Below are positions 37,959 through 48,823 of a DNA stretch of 64,000 bases, one piece after another. Position 1 is the stretch's first letter. The number at the start of each line of letters is the position of its first letter. The DNA comes from Camelus dromedarius (taxonomy: Eukaryota): positions 7,068,001 to 7,132,000 of the forward strand of contig NC_087437.1 in NCBI RefSeq assembly GCF_036321535.1. Direction: 5' to 3'. The notes beneath the pieces are model-generated. The model made no database searches, had not been told where the DNA came from, and saw nothing but the letters and a program-made list of their open reading frames with translations. The position numbers were made by a program, and so were the translations under genes.

Positions 37959-39188
37959 GAAAGAAATATGAATCCACATCTGGGGCCAGCGGACCCTCTG
38001 AAACCAGTACAATGGTAGTTACTAGGCTAATGTTTTAGCCATCTCCAGGAAAATGTAAATTTCAGGAGAGGGAATTCAGGATGAGGGTCCAGTTGCTCAT
38101 CACAGTTGATTTATTGCCCCGTATTGTCCCTTGGAGGTTTGTGGTTCAATTTCCTTAAGGCAGTTGGAGGTTTCTCTGTGAGAGCTTCCTCGTACTTCTG
38201 GAGTTGCCCTGTTGGAATTCCTGAAGGAAGGAAAGAAGTATCCCCGACGTCCCAGTCTGTCCTCACACCCCACGGGATGAAAAGGCGTTCCTGAATCATC
38301 CCAGCATCTCCGCCCTTCTTCCAGGGGAGAGCTACCAGCTTGGGCAGGTAGGATCGGTGCAACTGGGGAGGGGTGGGCGGAGGGCTCCTGCTTGGCGTGG
38401 ACCTCCAGGGCACTGCTCAGCCCCCTCTCCTTGAGTCTCCTGGGGACTTGCCTGTCTCTGATGCAGAGCCCGCAGTTGGCATGCAGTCTGCCAAGGGAAA
38501 AGCCGGCAGAAGTGGACCTTGGGAGAAGACTCTCCTGTTGGAGGGAGGGTTGTAGGAAGGTCACGGACAAGAGTGACCCAGTGATGGACAATGGCTCATC
38601 CAGCTCGCGAGGCGGGTGTGTGAGTGCTCCTAGTGTGGGAAAGGCCGACTGCCTTCTCTGACCACTGACCACGTAGCTGAAAGGTCAGGTGAGCTCCTAG
38701 TCAGGGCCTCTGCCGTAGTTTGTTCATGGTACTTCCTAGTTTGGTCTGCTGGCCTTAGGCTGAGGCGGCCCATAAAACGGATTTCCACTGGATTCTTTCC
38801 AGACAAGCTCAGTGTGGACAGATAAAGAAAACCCTCAATACAGGTCTCTATCCAGGGACAGCCTTTAGGAGTCTATTGAGAGGAATGCTGTGGAATTGGG
38901 CAAACAAACAAATTAAAAAAATAAATAAATAAAGGAGAGAGAGAGAAAAAAATAAAAAGAGAGAAGGCGAGTGAGGCTCTGGGAATTAGAACTAATTTGT
39001 GGACGGAGCATCCTGTTTCTGCGGCGCGGGGCAGAGTGACAAGGCTGAGTAAATGTGGTTTTGGCTTTGCACCGCGGAGGCGTTCAACTTCATCATGCTG
39101 AGGGGGACTGAAACTTCAAGGGCATCCAGTGACATATTTGTTTCGTCACCAGTCTGCCCACTCCTGCATTTATCAGTGAGTCAATGCC

Positions 39189-39239
<51 letters not shown>

Positions 39240-39240
39240 C
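39189..39240. repeat. Compound (TA)n(CA)n(TA)n microsatellite
   Basis: Read directly. Confidence 0.9.
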
Positions 39241-39724
39241 ACTTTTTTTTAAAACTTCACACTATGGTGTCTGATTTATAATTTCCCGAGGGCAATATTT
39301 TTTTACAGCGACTGGCAGGATTTTTTGTTCTTCATTAGGCCTTTTATTAACCCACTGCCAGAGCTCTGGATCTAACCACTCCCAGTGTTTCAGTGATCAT
39401 ATTATCAGTAATAGCATATTTCCTCTGGGAGATATGAATACAGTCTATTGCAGGTGGAAGGCTGGGAGGGGGCGGGGATGGAGCGAGGGAGTGTTCACAT
39501 TTCTGTTCGTGCTCTGCCTTCAGACTCTCCCCCTAAACTTGCAGATGGTGCTGACTAGAGACTTTGACGGTTCCTTCACTTCATTTTTATGCAGAAGAGC
39601 CCCAACTTTATTCGTTCGGAAAGTTTTCTAAAAGGGTGACATCCGGCTTGAGAAAACGGAGCCCTGATCTCCCGTTTGCTGGGGTGTGCAGATTCCTGAG
39701 GTTTTCCTTAAGAAAGAGTTTGTC

Positions 39725-39858
39725 TATTTATTTAATTCATTTATTTTTGGTGGGGAGGTAATTAGGTTTCTTTATTTTTTAATGGAGCTACTGGGGGTTG
39801 AACCCAGGACCTCGTGCGTGCTTAGTACACACTCTACCAGTGAGCGACACCCTCCTGC
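39725..39858 (-). mobile_element. Camelid tRNA-derived SINE (vic-1-like)
   Basis: GGGGAGGTAATTAGGTTT..CTGGGGGTTGAACCCAGGACCTCGTGCGTGCTTAG..CTCTACCAGTGAGC. Confidence 0.88.
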
Positions 39859-41073
39859 CTCTAAGACATTCGTCTTTACCCCAAATCAAAGTTTAGAGAG
39901 TGAAAGCATGTGAACCAGCTTGCAGAGAGAGCTCTACCTTGTAGAGGGCGTGGTTCCTTCCTGTCTGGCTGAAGAGCTCAGACAAAGGAAGTACGGAAGC
40001 CTGCCTCTTAATTGTTAGCATCACTGCCCTTCCATTTAGAGAGAAAGAAACGGGTCTTAATACAGGACCCTCAGGAGAGGTCTTCTGGTCTCCTTCCTGA
40101 TCTGCAGTCAGGACCGCATATCAGACTGCTTTATGCAGAAAAGAACAGCTTTGTTTCTAGAAGATTTGCAGCAGAGGAAGTTCCAAAGTTGCCTTGCCAT
40201 CCCGTTGAAGCTCCCAGCCACACGATCTTTGTATCTCAGCTTGAATATTTGCTGGCAGAATGTCTTCGAACAAGTCACCGAATCACTTGGAAACTCCTTG
40301 GCCAAATCTGAATTCTAACCGTCATCTGTGGAGTTCATTTCATTGTTGTAAACATCCAACCAAACAGCCCACTTGAAAGGAATTCTCAGACTGGGAAGAA
40401 CTGCACAGTGGTATGAAACATAGTTCCGGCTCATGTAACACCTCTCAAAATAAAACAGAATCAACAAAATAGATTGAACACTTCAGGAGAGAGGGAGAAC
40501 CCACAGCCTTCTCCCTGCTTTTGTTACCTTACACGCATCATGGAAGGGGGTCAAAGACACACATTCTGTTATTATGACTTAAAATATCGATGTCCCTACA
40601 CTTGGATAGTCTTTTGATTCCTTGACTCTAGTTTTCATGCCGTCTCTAAAATATCCCAAACGAATAAGGCAAATAATAGCCTTACCCCATTACTTGGGAC
40701 TGTGGCCCTTTCAGTGCACTGAATCCATCTTTCTGAGACTTTCTTCCGGTGAGACCAAGCCTGAGAATTGGAGAGAGAAGAATATGGCTGAGTGTCTGGT
40801 GTCTTCTGCTAATAATGTGCGATTTCATCCCCTACATCATTCTGTTTTATTTAGGTTTTTGTTGTTGGCATACTACCCAGACTCAAAATTGGAGTCTATT
40901 TGGTTTGGATAGTATTTTTCTATAATTTTTTCCCCCTCCACACATTGGCAGAGGTGGAGGGTCTGTGATATGGACAATGCTCTCAGATGTATCCTGGAGG
41001 TTCGTGCTGGGGAAGGAATCGTTTGATGTTAAAATTAAAAGAGAAAGGAAGAAGACAGAGAGGAAACGGGGAA

Positions 41074-41083
41074 GGGACTTTCC
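41074..41083 (+). promoter_or_regulatory. Canonical NF-kB site GGGACTTTCC
   Basis: Exact motif match in unique sequence, with an ETS-like GAGGAA just upstream; function not shown. Confidence 0.3.
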
Positions 41084-41387
41084 TCTCACTGGCTTCGGGT
41101 GGCCTGTGCTTTAGACGGAATCCCTCTGCGTGATCTGAAATGATCGTGCGACCATCATCAACAGCTTTCAACTTTCATCTAAATGGATGTGAATTAAGCT
41201 GCTGGAACTGGTCAAAAGATCTGTTTTCTCTGATTAATATCTCCTAAGGCTTCTAGACATCTAGTTTGGTCAAATATGGCACAATAAAGACAGAGAGGAA
41301 GGGGGGTCGTCAGAGTCCACCTTGGTGCCTGGTGGACATCCTCCTTATAACTGGAGAGAAGCTAGGAGTAGATTCTCCTTGATTTAT

Positions 41388-41568
41388 TATTTTTTAAAAT
41401 TTTATTTTTTATTGAAGTGTAGTTGATTTACGATGTTAATTTCAGATGTACAGCCAAGCGATTCAGTTATACAAATACATGCATACATATTTTTTCTTTT
41501 TAGATTCTTTTCCATTGTATGTCACTACAAGAAACTGCATATAGTTCCCTGTGCTCTACAGTGGGTCC
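41388..41568 (-). mobile_element. Young L1 3' terminal fragment
   Basis: TTTTATTGAAGTGTAGTTGATTTACGATG..ATAGTTCCCTGTGCT. Confidence 0.9.
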
Positions 41569-41769
41569 TACTTGACTTAGTGAATTGGACAGTGGTAAGA
41601 GGAATACACTGACTTAACAGTGCTTCTTAAAAGATTCTTCCTCTTTTCTCAAAAGGCAACTCTGTCATCAAATCTTTGAGCACACAAGAGAAGCACGGAT
41701 CTAACTTCAAAGGAGAAACAGTGAGAATTTCCCAGACAAGTCTGGTTAGCAGTGTGTTTGCTTGTTATC

Positions 41770-41980
41770 CACTGAAAACATTTTGAGCCCATCCTCGTGC
41801 GAGACGTTCCGCACATCATTAAATCATCATTTAATTCTCACAACAAAGGTTGGAGGTTACCATCATCAGTCTGATTTTTCAGAGGCTCACAAGGATGAAT
41901 AACTAGTCCGAGGTTGAGTGATCAGCAACCGGTGGAGTGAGGATTGACACATTTTTGTGGCTGTCCAGATTTTTGCTCTG
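41770..41980 (-). mobile_element. MIR SINE
   Basis: CATTTTGAGC..CATTTAATTCTCACAACA..GAGGCTCACAAGG..AACTAGTCCGAGGT. Confidence 0.65.
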
Positions 41981-42510
41981 GATCACACCAATAATACCAT
42001 CTCCCTGCAGAGTGGTTACAAAAGACAAACTGAGTAGCAGAAACAAGCCCTGTCGTCCAGTGGCTTCCTTCTTATCAGGAGTCTCATGGAATCACTGCCA
42101 CACCCTCCCCAAGAGGGTCCCCCGTTTGTTTTGTCCCCCAAGACTTGTGTCTCTGGCTGTTGTTCTCCGCACTGGCCACTAGGTGGCTCAGTGTAGAGGG
42201 ACCTCCCCTCTGAGCGTGAATTCCCAAAGGGAAGCAGAGGTGTGGAAGCAAATTGCTGCCTCCTGTCCTATCAGGTTTCACGGGCACGAGCTCATCTCCT
42301 CTCAAAGAAGAGGGTGTGGTTGTGCTCACTGGACTCAAAGGGAGGCTCATTAGAAGCCGGCTCAGGTTTCTGATGGGCGGCTTTGTAAGGGTCTTTAGCC
42401 TCAGGACAGGATGCTTGTTGGTAATTCTTTCTTCAGATGCACACGTGGATTAAATCCAGAAAGAACTTATAAAATTTCAGGCAAAGAAGTTTGTGGCTTG
42501 ATTAAAATCA

Positions 42511-42511
42511 G

Positions 42512-42568
<57 letters not shown>
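42511..42568. repeat. (GC)5(AC)24 alternating purine-pyrimidine tract
   Basis: Read directly. Confidence 0.95.
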
Positions 42569-42569
<1 letters not shown>

Positions 42570-44749
42570 AACTAGCTGCCAGTGGAACAGAACACCTGGG
42601 TAGGTGAAAACGGCCTCCAGCAGTAGACGATGGAGTTTGTAAAGCATTCAGGGTTTGCTAAGCTGTGACTGAACTTCCCCCCTTCCTGCCCCGCAACACA
42701 CGCACGCACGCACGCACCTCCACCTTCAACCTTTGGAGGATGAATTTTTTCAGGAAGAAAATTCTGTCCATGGCAGGGTGCCATGGGGTTTGCCTGTCGC
42801 TGAGGCTGAAATGAACTCTTACACCCCGTTTAAATATTTAAAAACAGAAAATTCTCCTGATACAGGCAAATAGGTCAGGAAAGTGCCAAAAGATATATCT
42901 GAGAACACATCTACTTTTGAGATCAGGACTCCTGATTATACTCTGTCCATTTTTGATTTGCTTTATTGCTCAAATGTGAGATGCACCAAAATCCTACCAC
43001 AAGGAATAACTCGCATGCCTGATGCTCCAGGACAGGGGTCCCTTCAGGGTGAATGAAATTAATGTTCTGTCATTCCCATGGGTGTTTTTAAGCTTACTGT
43101 GGTCATTTTTCCCCTGGAGTAAGGGACAGATCAACTTAACCCATGCATATTGGATGCGAATGATTAAATAACAGATACTCTGATTGAAGAAGATGGGGGT
43201 GGGGGGGTGAGCATGAGGACACAGGTGAAGTGTAGAGGCTTGGAAGGAGAATGTTTTCCATTCATTTGACAATTACGCCTTGAGCTGACTCGGTGCTGAG
43301 ACTAAATCCTGTTTATATGTTTTATTTTCCTTCTAAGAAAGAACAATCTATGAACGACTGGTTCCTTGCTGACAGGCTACATACTGCTCAGTATGTTGTG
43401 AGTTCTCTCTATTCAGAGTGTGGGGATTTGAGATAAACGGAAAGCCTAGGAACAGTAGGATTGAAAGTTTCAGTTCCTTACCACTCCCTGGTCGAGATTA
43501 CCCTCCACCCTTCTTGGGGCCCCTGACCTCTGGATGACCTTGGAATCTGTATTGATTGTACCCTAGGTAGGAACCAACCCAAGTTAGAATTGGCATTTCA
43601 TCTTGGCCTGTAGAACTCATGTTAATTAGGTTGCTTGGGGCACCCGTGTCCTGCTTTGCAAATTAAGAAGCAAGGAAGTAATGTTTCAAGAAATAGATGC
43701 TGAGAGAAGAAGAAATGAGAGGCAGAGGGTTATGTGTTTCTGGTTCCAGATCTCAGGTCATCAAACGCCATAAGGTACCATGGTAGCCTCTTGATAAAGT
43801 CACATCGCTTTGCTTGAGTTCACTTAAGTCGGTAAGCCAGTTTCTGCTACTTGCAATCAAAGGTTTCCAGAGAATGCCAATCTTGGTGTGTTTTTGTTGC
43901 TCGAGGGTTGGCCAGAGGCTCTCTCGGTTACTGTGTGCAGGAGGATGAAGGGACAACAATCAAGGGATAATTATCAATCTTCCAAGTATTTAACAGTGTC
44001 CATTTTACACCTGTCCAGGTCATCCACAGCAGTCGACAAACAACACTGCTCTGGAAACCTGTTGGCAGAGTTCGAGCAGTTGAATCCAAAGACCTCCTTC
44101 ACTTAGGAATCTGCTTGTTACGATGCAGGTTCTGAGGTCCTGTTCCTGACCGAACCAGACTCAATGAAGTTGCATCCAGGTATCAAAAGAATGATGCCCC
44201 CATGATTCTCAAACACAGTAGAGTTTGGACACTAATGGATTAGGGAATTTCTGGTCCCAGAACATCTGTGATTGGTCCTGTGAGAGTGGATACACTCCAT
44301 TCTCTGATGCTGAGATAAGAATCCTTCAACTTTTAATCACAGGACCACCTGAGCCAACCTCTTTCTTCATAACCTCTTGGCGCAACAGTCCAAGCTTACC
44401 ACTTAGGTTTTCCTTACCTCCCCTCCCAGGTGGGGTTATTAATTTGACAGGTTGAGCAGCTTTTTGGATCCAGAACTCTGCAATTTCTTCTGGAGGGGAT
44501 TCACCTGTGTGCTGCACTTGGGCCAACAGAGAAAGTTACTTTGCAGGCTCCTTGGGGACCATTGGCAAGATTTGGTGTAAGTTTTGTTTAAGCTCTTTAA
44601 AGCATCTCTGGCACAGGACCAAGCAATGGGTGCTTAAAAACGGGGGAGAAAAATCAATGGACCAATCAATACGATGAATATATGGCTCCATTAGCTACTT
44701 CCCGGTCCCCCGGATCTGGGTGATGGCTTCTGCATTTTCTCTGTTGCAG

Positions 44750-44837
44750 GTTTTTGATGGAATTAAGGGAAGCTGTCACTGCCTGTTCTGAAGCGGCTTC
44801 ATCTTATCTCAATAGCTAGTTTTGGACATTTCCACAC
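44750..44837 (+). other. Candidate exon (88 nt)
   Basis: Strong acceptor CATTTTCTCTGTTGCAG|G; moderate donor CAC|GTGAGA. Confidence 0.25.
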
Positions 44838-45933
44838 GTGAGACACGAGAGATTTAAAGAGCCCCTTGAATCAACAAGTCTGTCTTTCTTCTCTCACCCC
44901 CCTGAGAGTTTAAGACCTCTCCAGACAGAAAATTCAATTACCTCCAACTTACTCATTACCTGGCGGCTTCATCGATGGATTGGTTCCTCTGCCAGGCTAA
45001 CGGGAACACTGACCCTAGATTTCTTTCCTCAAGCCCGGTTGAGTCCTTATTTGAGTGGAAGGAGTGCCCCTGAGAAAGGTTCCGTGGTGCAGGGTTACAG
45101 AAAGCAATGTCTAAACCCTAACCAAGCTGAAAGGGGGGTTTTCAGAAATGCCCTCATCTCTCCAAGAGAGGTTAGGTCCCTATACTTGGCAGAGTCAACA
45201 TTTGTTTTTCGCTAACCGCTCAGAAGATTCTAGCTGAGATCTTGTAGAGGACTTGTACTTAAGCTGTAGTCCTCCTAGTAAAAGCAGGACCTGTTTAGCA
45301 GTTTACGTTCCTATTGCAGGAGAATGACTCCCTGACTTAAGTGTCTGTGCCTTTATTACAGGTTATTATGATGTAAAAGGGACTTCAAGTCCTTAAGGGT
45401 GAAAAGGGGTAGTAACTGATTCTTCTCTCTTCGCTGTCCTTCCCTGGGGAATACCAAATAGACCACAGAGAGATCACTGCACAAACCTCAGCTAGGAGAC
45501 CCTCTCCTCTAGGAGTTCCTACAGGATGTGGCAGGAGAGAGGCCCTCCTATGGCCCAGTCACCAAGTTGGACATAAAAGGCAAGTAAAAAAAATAAACTC
45601 AAATGTACGATTCAAATTTGGTGTTTAGACCAGGGCACTGTGCGTGTCATGAGGATGTTGAAGACAAGTGAAGAGTCATCAAAAAGTGGGACTTAAACTG
45701 TCTAGGAAAGAGAGTGTACTTACAGCAAAAAGAGGAGGTTATGATTGGGGGGGGGAAACGGTGGGTGGGACATTTTGCTAATGAAAAGTCTGTAGTTGTA
45801 GGCTACTATGGGATATTTATTTAAGTTGTAGGTTTTCCGACTGTCCAGGCAAAAAATGGAACTATATATATATATAGTATGTGTGTGTGTATATATATAT
45901 ATATATATACATTTTTTTTTTTTTTTTTTGCAG

Positions 45934-45953
45934 GAGGAAGATGGATTGTGCCG
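45934..45953 (+). other. Candidate 20-nt microexon containing an ATG in strong Kozak context
   Basis: T18-GCAG|GAGGAAGATGGATTGTGCCG|GTGAGT; ATG at 45941 with A at -3 and G at +4. Confidence 0.3.
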
Positions 45954-46299
45954 GTGAGTCAGACAGGATGAAGTTTGTTTATCTTATTTGAGAAACAGTG
46001 ACCAACACGGGAGACAATGTTTTCAGCAGTGCTTTTGCCCACGAAGACTTGGTCCTGATTGTCCGCAATGAAAGCCAAGGCCGTACTCTCGACATACGGC
46101 TTTGGGAAGTCCGTCCTGAGAGGCTGACGTCAGTGAGTTCCAAACAGGATTTACTCTGGTGACAGGGCTGGCACGTCCCTGAACTCAACCTCCCCGAGCA
46201 ACAGCGGGTTCGCTTAATGTTTCAGGCTTCTAGGGAGAGTTGAGTAGTAGATTCTAGGAACCCTTACTTTGACAGTAACTACCTTATAAAGGGCCCCCT

Positions 46300-46730
46300 C
46301 TCTGATACAGTAATCCCACGTCTAGAAGTCTACCTTATCCATGTTAGAAATAATCTGAAACACACAAAGATGTTCATTTTGGTGTTCCCTATGATAGTTG
46401 AAAAAAAAAACTGGAAAACACAAATGTCTAATTATAAACACCTTAGGTATTACACATGATGAAATATCATAAAGTCATTGACCTGGTCATAAACAAGGAG
46501 CATGAGGCTTTTGTTATAAAGAAAATAAACAAGGTGCATATGACACTTTGTCTTTGGCATATTAGTGCACTGGCATTAAATATTATGAGTAATTACTACA
46601 CACATTGTGATCCAAAATATGGAAAACAGACACAACAAATATGTTAAAGGGCTAATTTCCATGGCATCACTGCCAGGAGTGATCATTAACAGGATGTAAC
46701 ATTAAGTGATAGTGTTGGTGTTTTATAAAT
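46300..46730 (+). mobile_element. L1ME-type 3' fragment, degraded
   Basis: CAGTAATCCCACGTCTAGAAGTCTACC..CAAAGATGTTCAT..AAACTGGAAAACACAAATGTC. Confidence 0.6.
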
Positions 46731-46867
46731 TTCCTAAAATAAGAGGTTATTACTTTAATAATAAGACAAAAAGCCTTTGCAATCATAAAGAGAAAAATTT
46801 TACCATTAAGGTAAAACTTTGGTCCTTTCTTATCTCGCTGACTTAAGGTCAATGATGTATTTAAAAA

Positions 46868-47040
46868 AATTTTTTTTTATTGAAGTACAGTTGTTTTACA
46901 ATGTTTAAGTGTGTTAATTTCTGGTGTACAGCATAGTGATTCATTTATACATATATATATATATCTTTTCATGTTCTTTTTCTAATATCGTAGACAATTA
47001 CAAGATATTGAGTATCCCCAGTGCTATATAGTAGGACCTT
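46868..47040 (-). mobile_element. Young L1 3' terminal fragment
   Basis: TTTTATTGAAGTACAGTTG..TTTCTGGTGTACAGCATAGTGATTCA; TSD ATGTATTTAAAAA / ATGTATTTGAAAA. Confidence 0.9.
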
Positions 47041-47388
47041 ATGTATTTGAAAATCAGACTTGCAGGAGGTAAAACTGTCTGAACAGAGAGGAACTTCCCT
47101 GAAGTCTTCACTTACAGGAAAATCTATTACACCCTCAGATGGAGATGGTCATAGGGGTGCCTCCAGGGGGTCTAAAACTCTATGCCTAAAACCCCGAATC
47201 TCCTTAAGAGACCTGATAAAATTAAGTCTAGAAACGCAGGTGAGAGCAGTCTGCAGCCAGGCTGCCTGGGTTCACATCCTGGCTCCTTTGCTTTCTGGAT
47301 TGTATGAACTTGAACAAATCACTGCATCCTCTGTTGTGTCATTGCCTCATCCTTATGGGGCTTTTGTGATGATTGAAGCATGTAAATG

Positions 47389-47899
47389 CTGACTAGATAG
47401 AGAAACTGTGATATATGTATGCAATGGAATACTACTCAGCCATAAAAAGAATGAAATAATGCCATTTGCAGCAACATGGATGGACCTGGAGATCATTATT
47501 CTAAGAGAAATAAGCCAGAAAGAGAAAGAAAAATACTATATGATACCACTTACATGTGGAACCAAACCACAACAAAAAGACACAAACAAACTTATTTACA
47601 AAACAGAAACAGACTCACAGACATAGAAAAGAAGCTTATTTACCAGGAGGGAAAAGGGGTGGGAAGGGAGGAGTTCGAGATTTGCAGCTACTAACTACTA
47701 TATATAAAAGAGAGAAACACCAAGTTTCTTCTGTAGAGCACAGGGAACTACATTCAATGTCTTGTAGTAACCTATAATGAAAAAGAATATGAAAACGAAT
47801 ATATGTATGTACACATATGACTGAAACACTATGCTGTACACCAGAAATTGACAGGACATTGTAAACTGTCTATACGTCAATTAAAAATAAATTTTAAAA
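47389..47899 (+). mobile_element. Young L1 3' end
   Basis: ORF2 C-terminus KKNEIMPFAATWMDLEIIILREISQKEK; TSD AAGCATGTAAATG (47376-47388) / AAGCATGTAACTG (47900-47912). Confidence 0.95.
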
Positions 47900-47935
47900 A
47901 AGCATGTAACTGAAAACTACTTCACATAGCACCTT

Positions 47936-48040
47936 AGGGAGGGTATAGCTCAGTGGTAGAGTATGTGCTTTGCACGCACAAAGTCCTGGGTTCTAATCCC
48001 TGGTACCTCCTCTAAAAGAAAATTGAAAAAAGAAAAAAGA
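47936..48040 (+). mobile_element. Camelid tRNA-derived SINE, short-tail form
   Basis: GGGAGGGTATAGCTCAGTGGTAGAG..GTCCTGGGTTCTAATCCCTGGTACCTCC plus A tail; TSD CACATAGCACCTT / CAAATAGCACCTT. Confidence 0.92.
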
Positions 48041-48779
48041 CAAATAGCACCTTGCTTTCAGTAAGAACTCAATAAGTGTGGGCTATTATTCAATCAAGGA
48101 CTCCATTTTGGAGGCTTTATTATAATTCTTGGGTTGGACCCCGTGGCCCCTGGCACCTCGAGCTGCCTCTGGCCCCTGTTACGTTCTTCTAGCTGTTTTG
48201 TGTCGGGACACAAAGGAACTCCATGTGAGATGCCTTCCTCAACTCTTTCTAGAAAAACAGGTTCACAATTATTCCCGCACAGGCACAAATGTCTTTTATA
48301 AACTAAGGGCATCTTGCTTCTACAGATGATTGATTCAATAATAGGAGGGTGATGCTAATGAATTAATTCGCTAACGATGCATCCTGGTTCCATAAAACAA
48401 CTGGTCTTCCGTGAGAATGCTGGCGCATTACTCATCGTTGCCAAAGGAATGACAAAAACCATAGAAAAGGGAGACACATAAGGGACACGAAAGCCCAGAA
48501 GACAGTCAGTAATCTCCTCACCGAGTTGGGTTTGGCCTCAGCATTCACAGTTACCAAATGAAAAGGGAGCAGGGGGCCCTGTACCCCGTGTCCCATGGGG
48601 AAACAGGTCAGACCCAGCTGAGAAAAAGCCCAGATGTCTCACAAAGCAGTGCTAGCACTTTGAGTCCTGGAAGGAAACCGTCTTCGCACCGCTAATTACA
48701 AAGAGAAATAAAACAGAGCTGTGGGGCCAGCCACTCCTCAGATCCTCCCAACTGACGCGACATTTGAGATGCTTTTTAT

Positions 48780-48780
<1 letters not shown>

Positions 48781-48820
<40 letters not shown>
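48781..48820. repeat. (TATC)10 tetranucleotide microsatellite
   Basis: Read directly. Confidence 0.95.

Positions 48821-48823
<3 letters not shown>

Larger units (their letters stand above)
47240..48090 (+). mobile_element. MIR SINE split by an L1 and a SINE
   Basis: GCTGCCTGGGTTCACATCCTGGCTC..TTGAACAAATCAC (5' part); CAGTAAGAACTCAATAAGTGTGGGCTATTATT (3' end). Confidence 0.75.

Noticed and set aside
38100..38672. 190-aa minus-strand ORF and overlapping ORFs
   Set aside because: Non-ATG start, GC-rich region with ORFs open on both strands, no recognisable domain
47936..48010. tRNA gene (A and B boxes present)
   Set aside because: A-rich tail, TSD and four diverged paralogs in the window show it is a SINE
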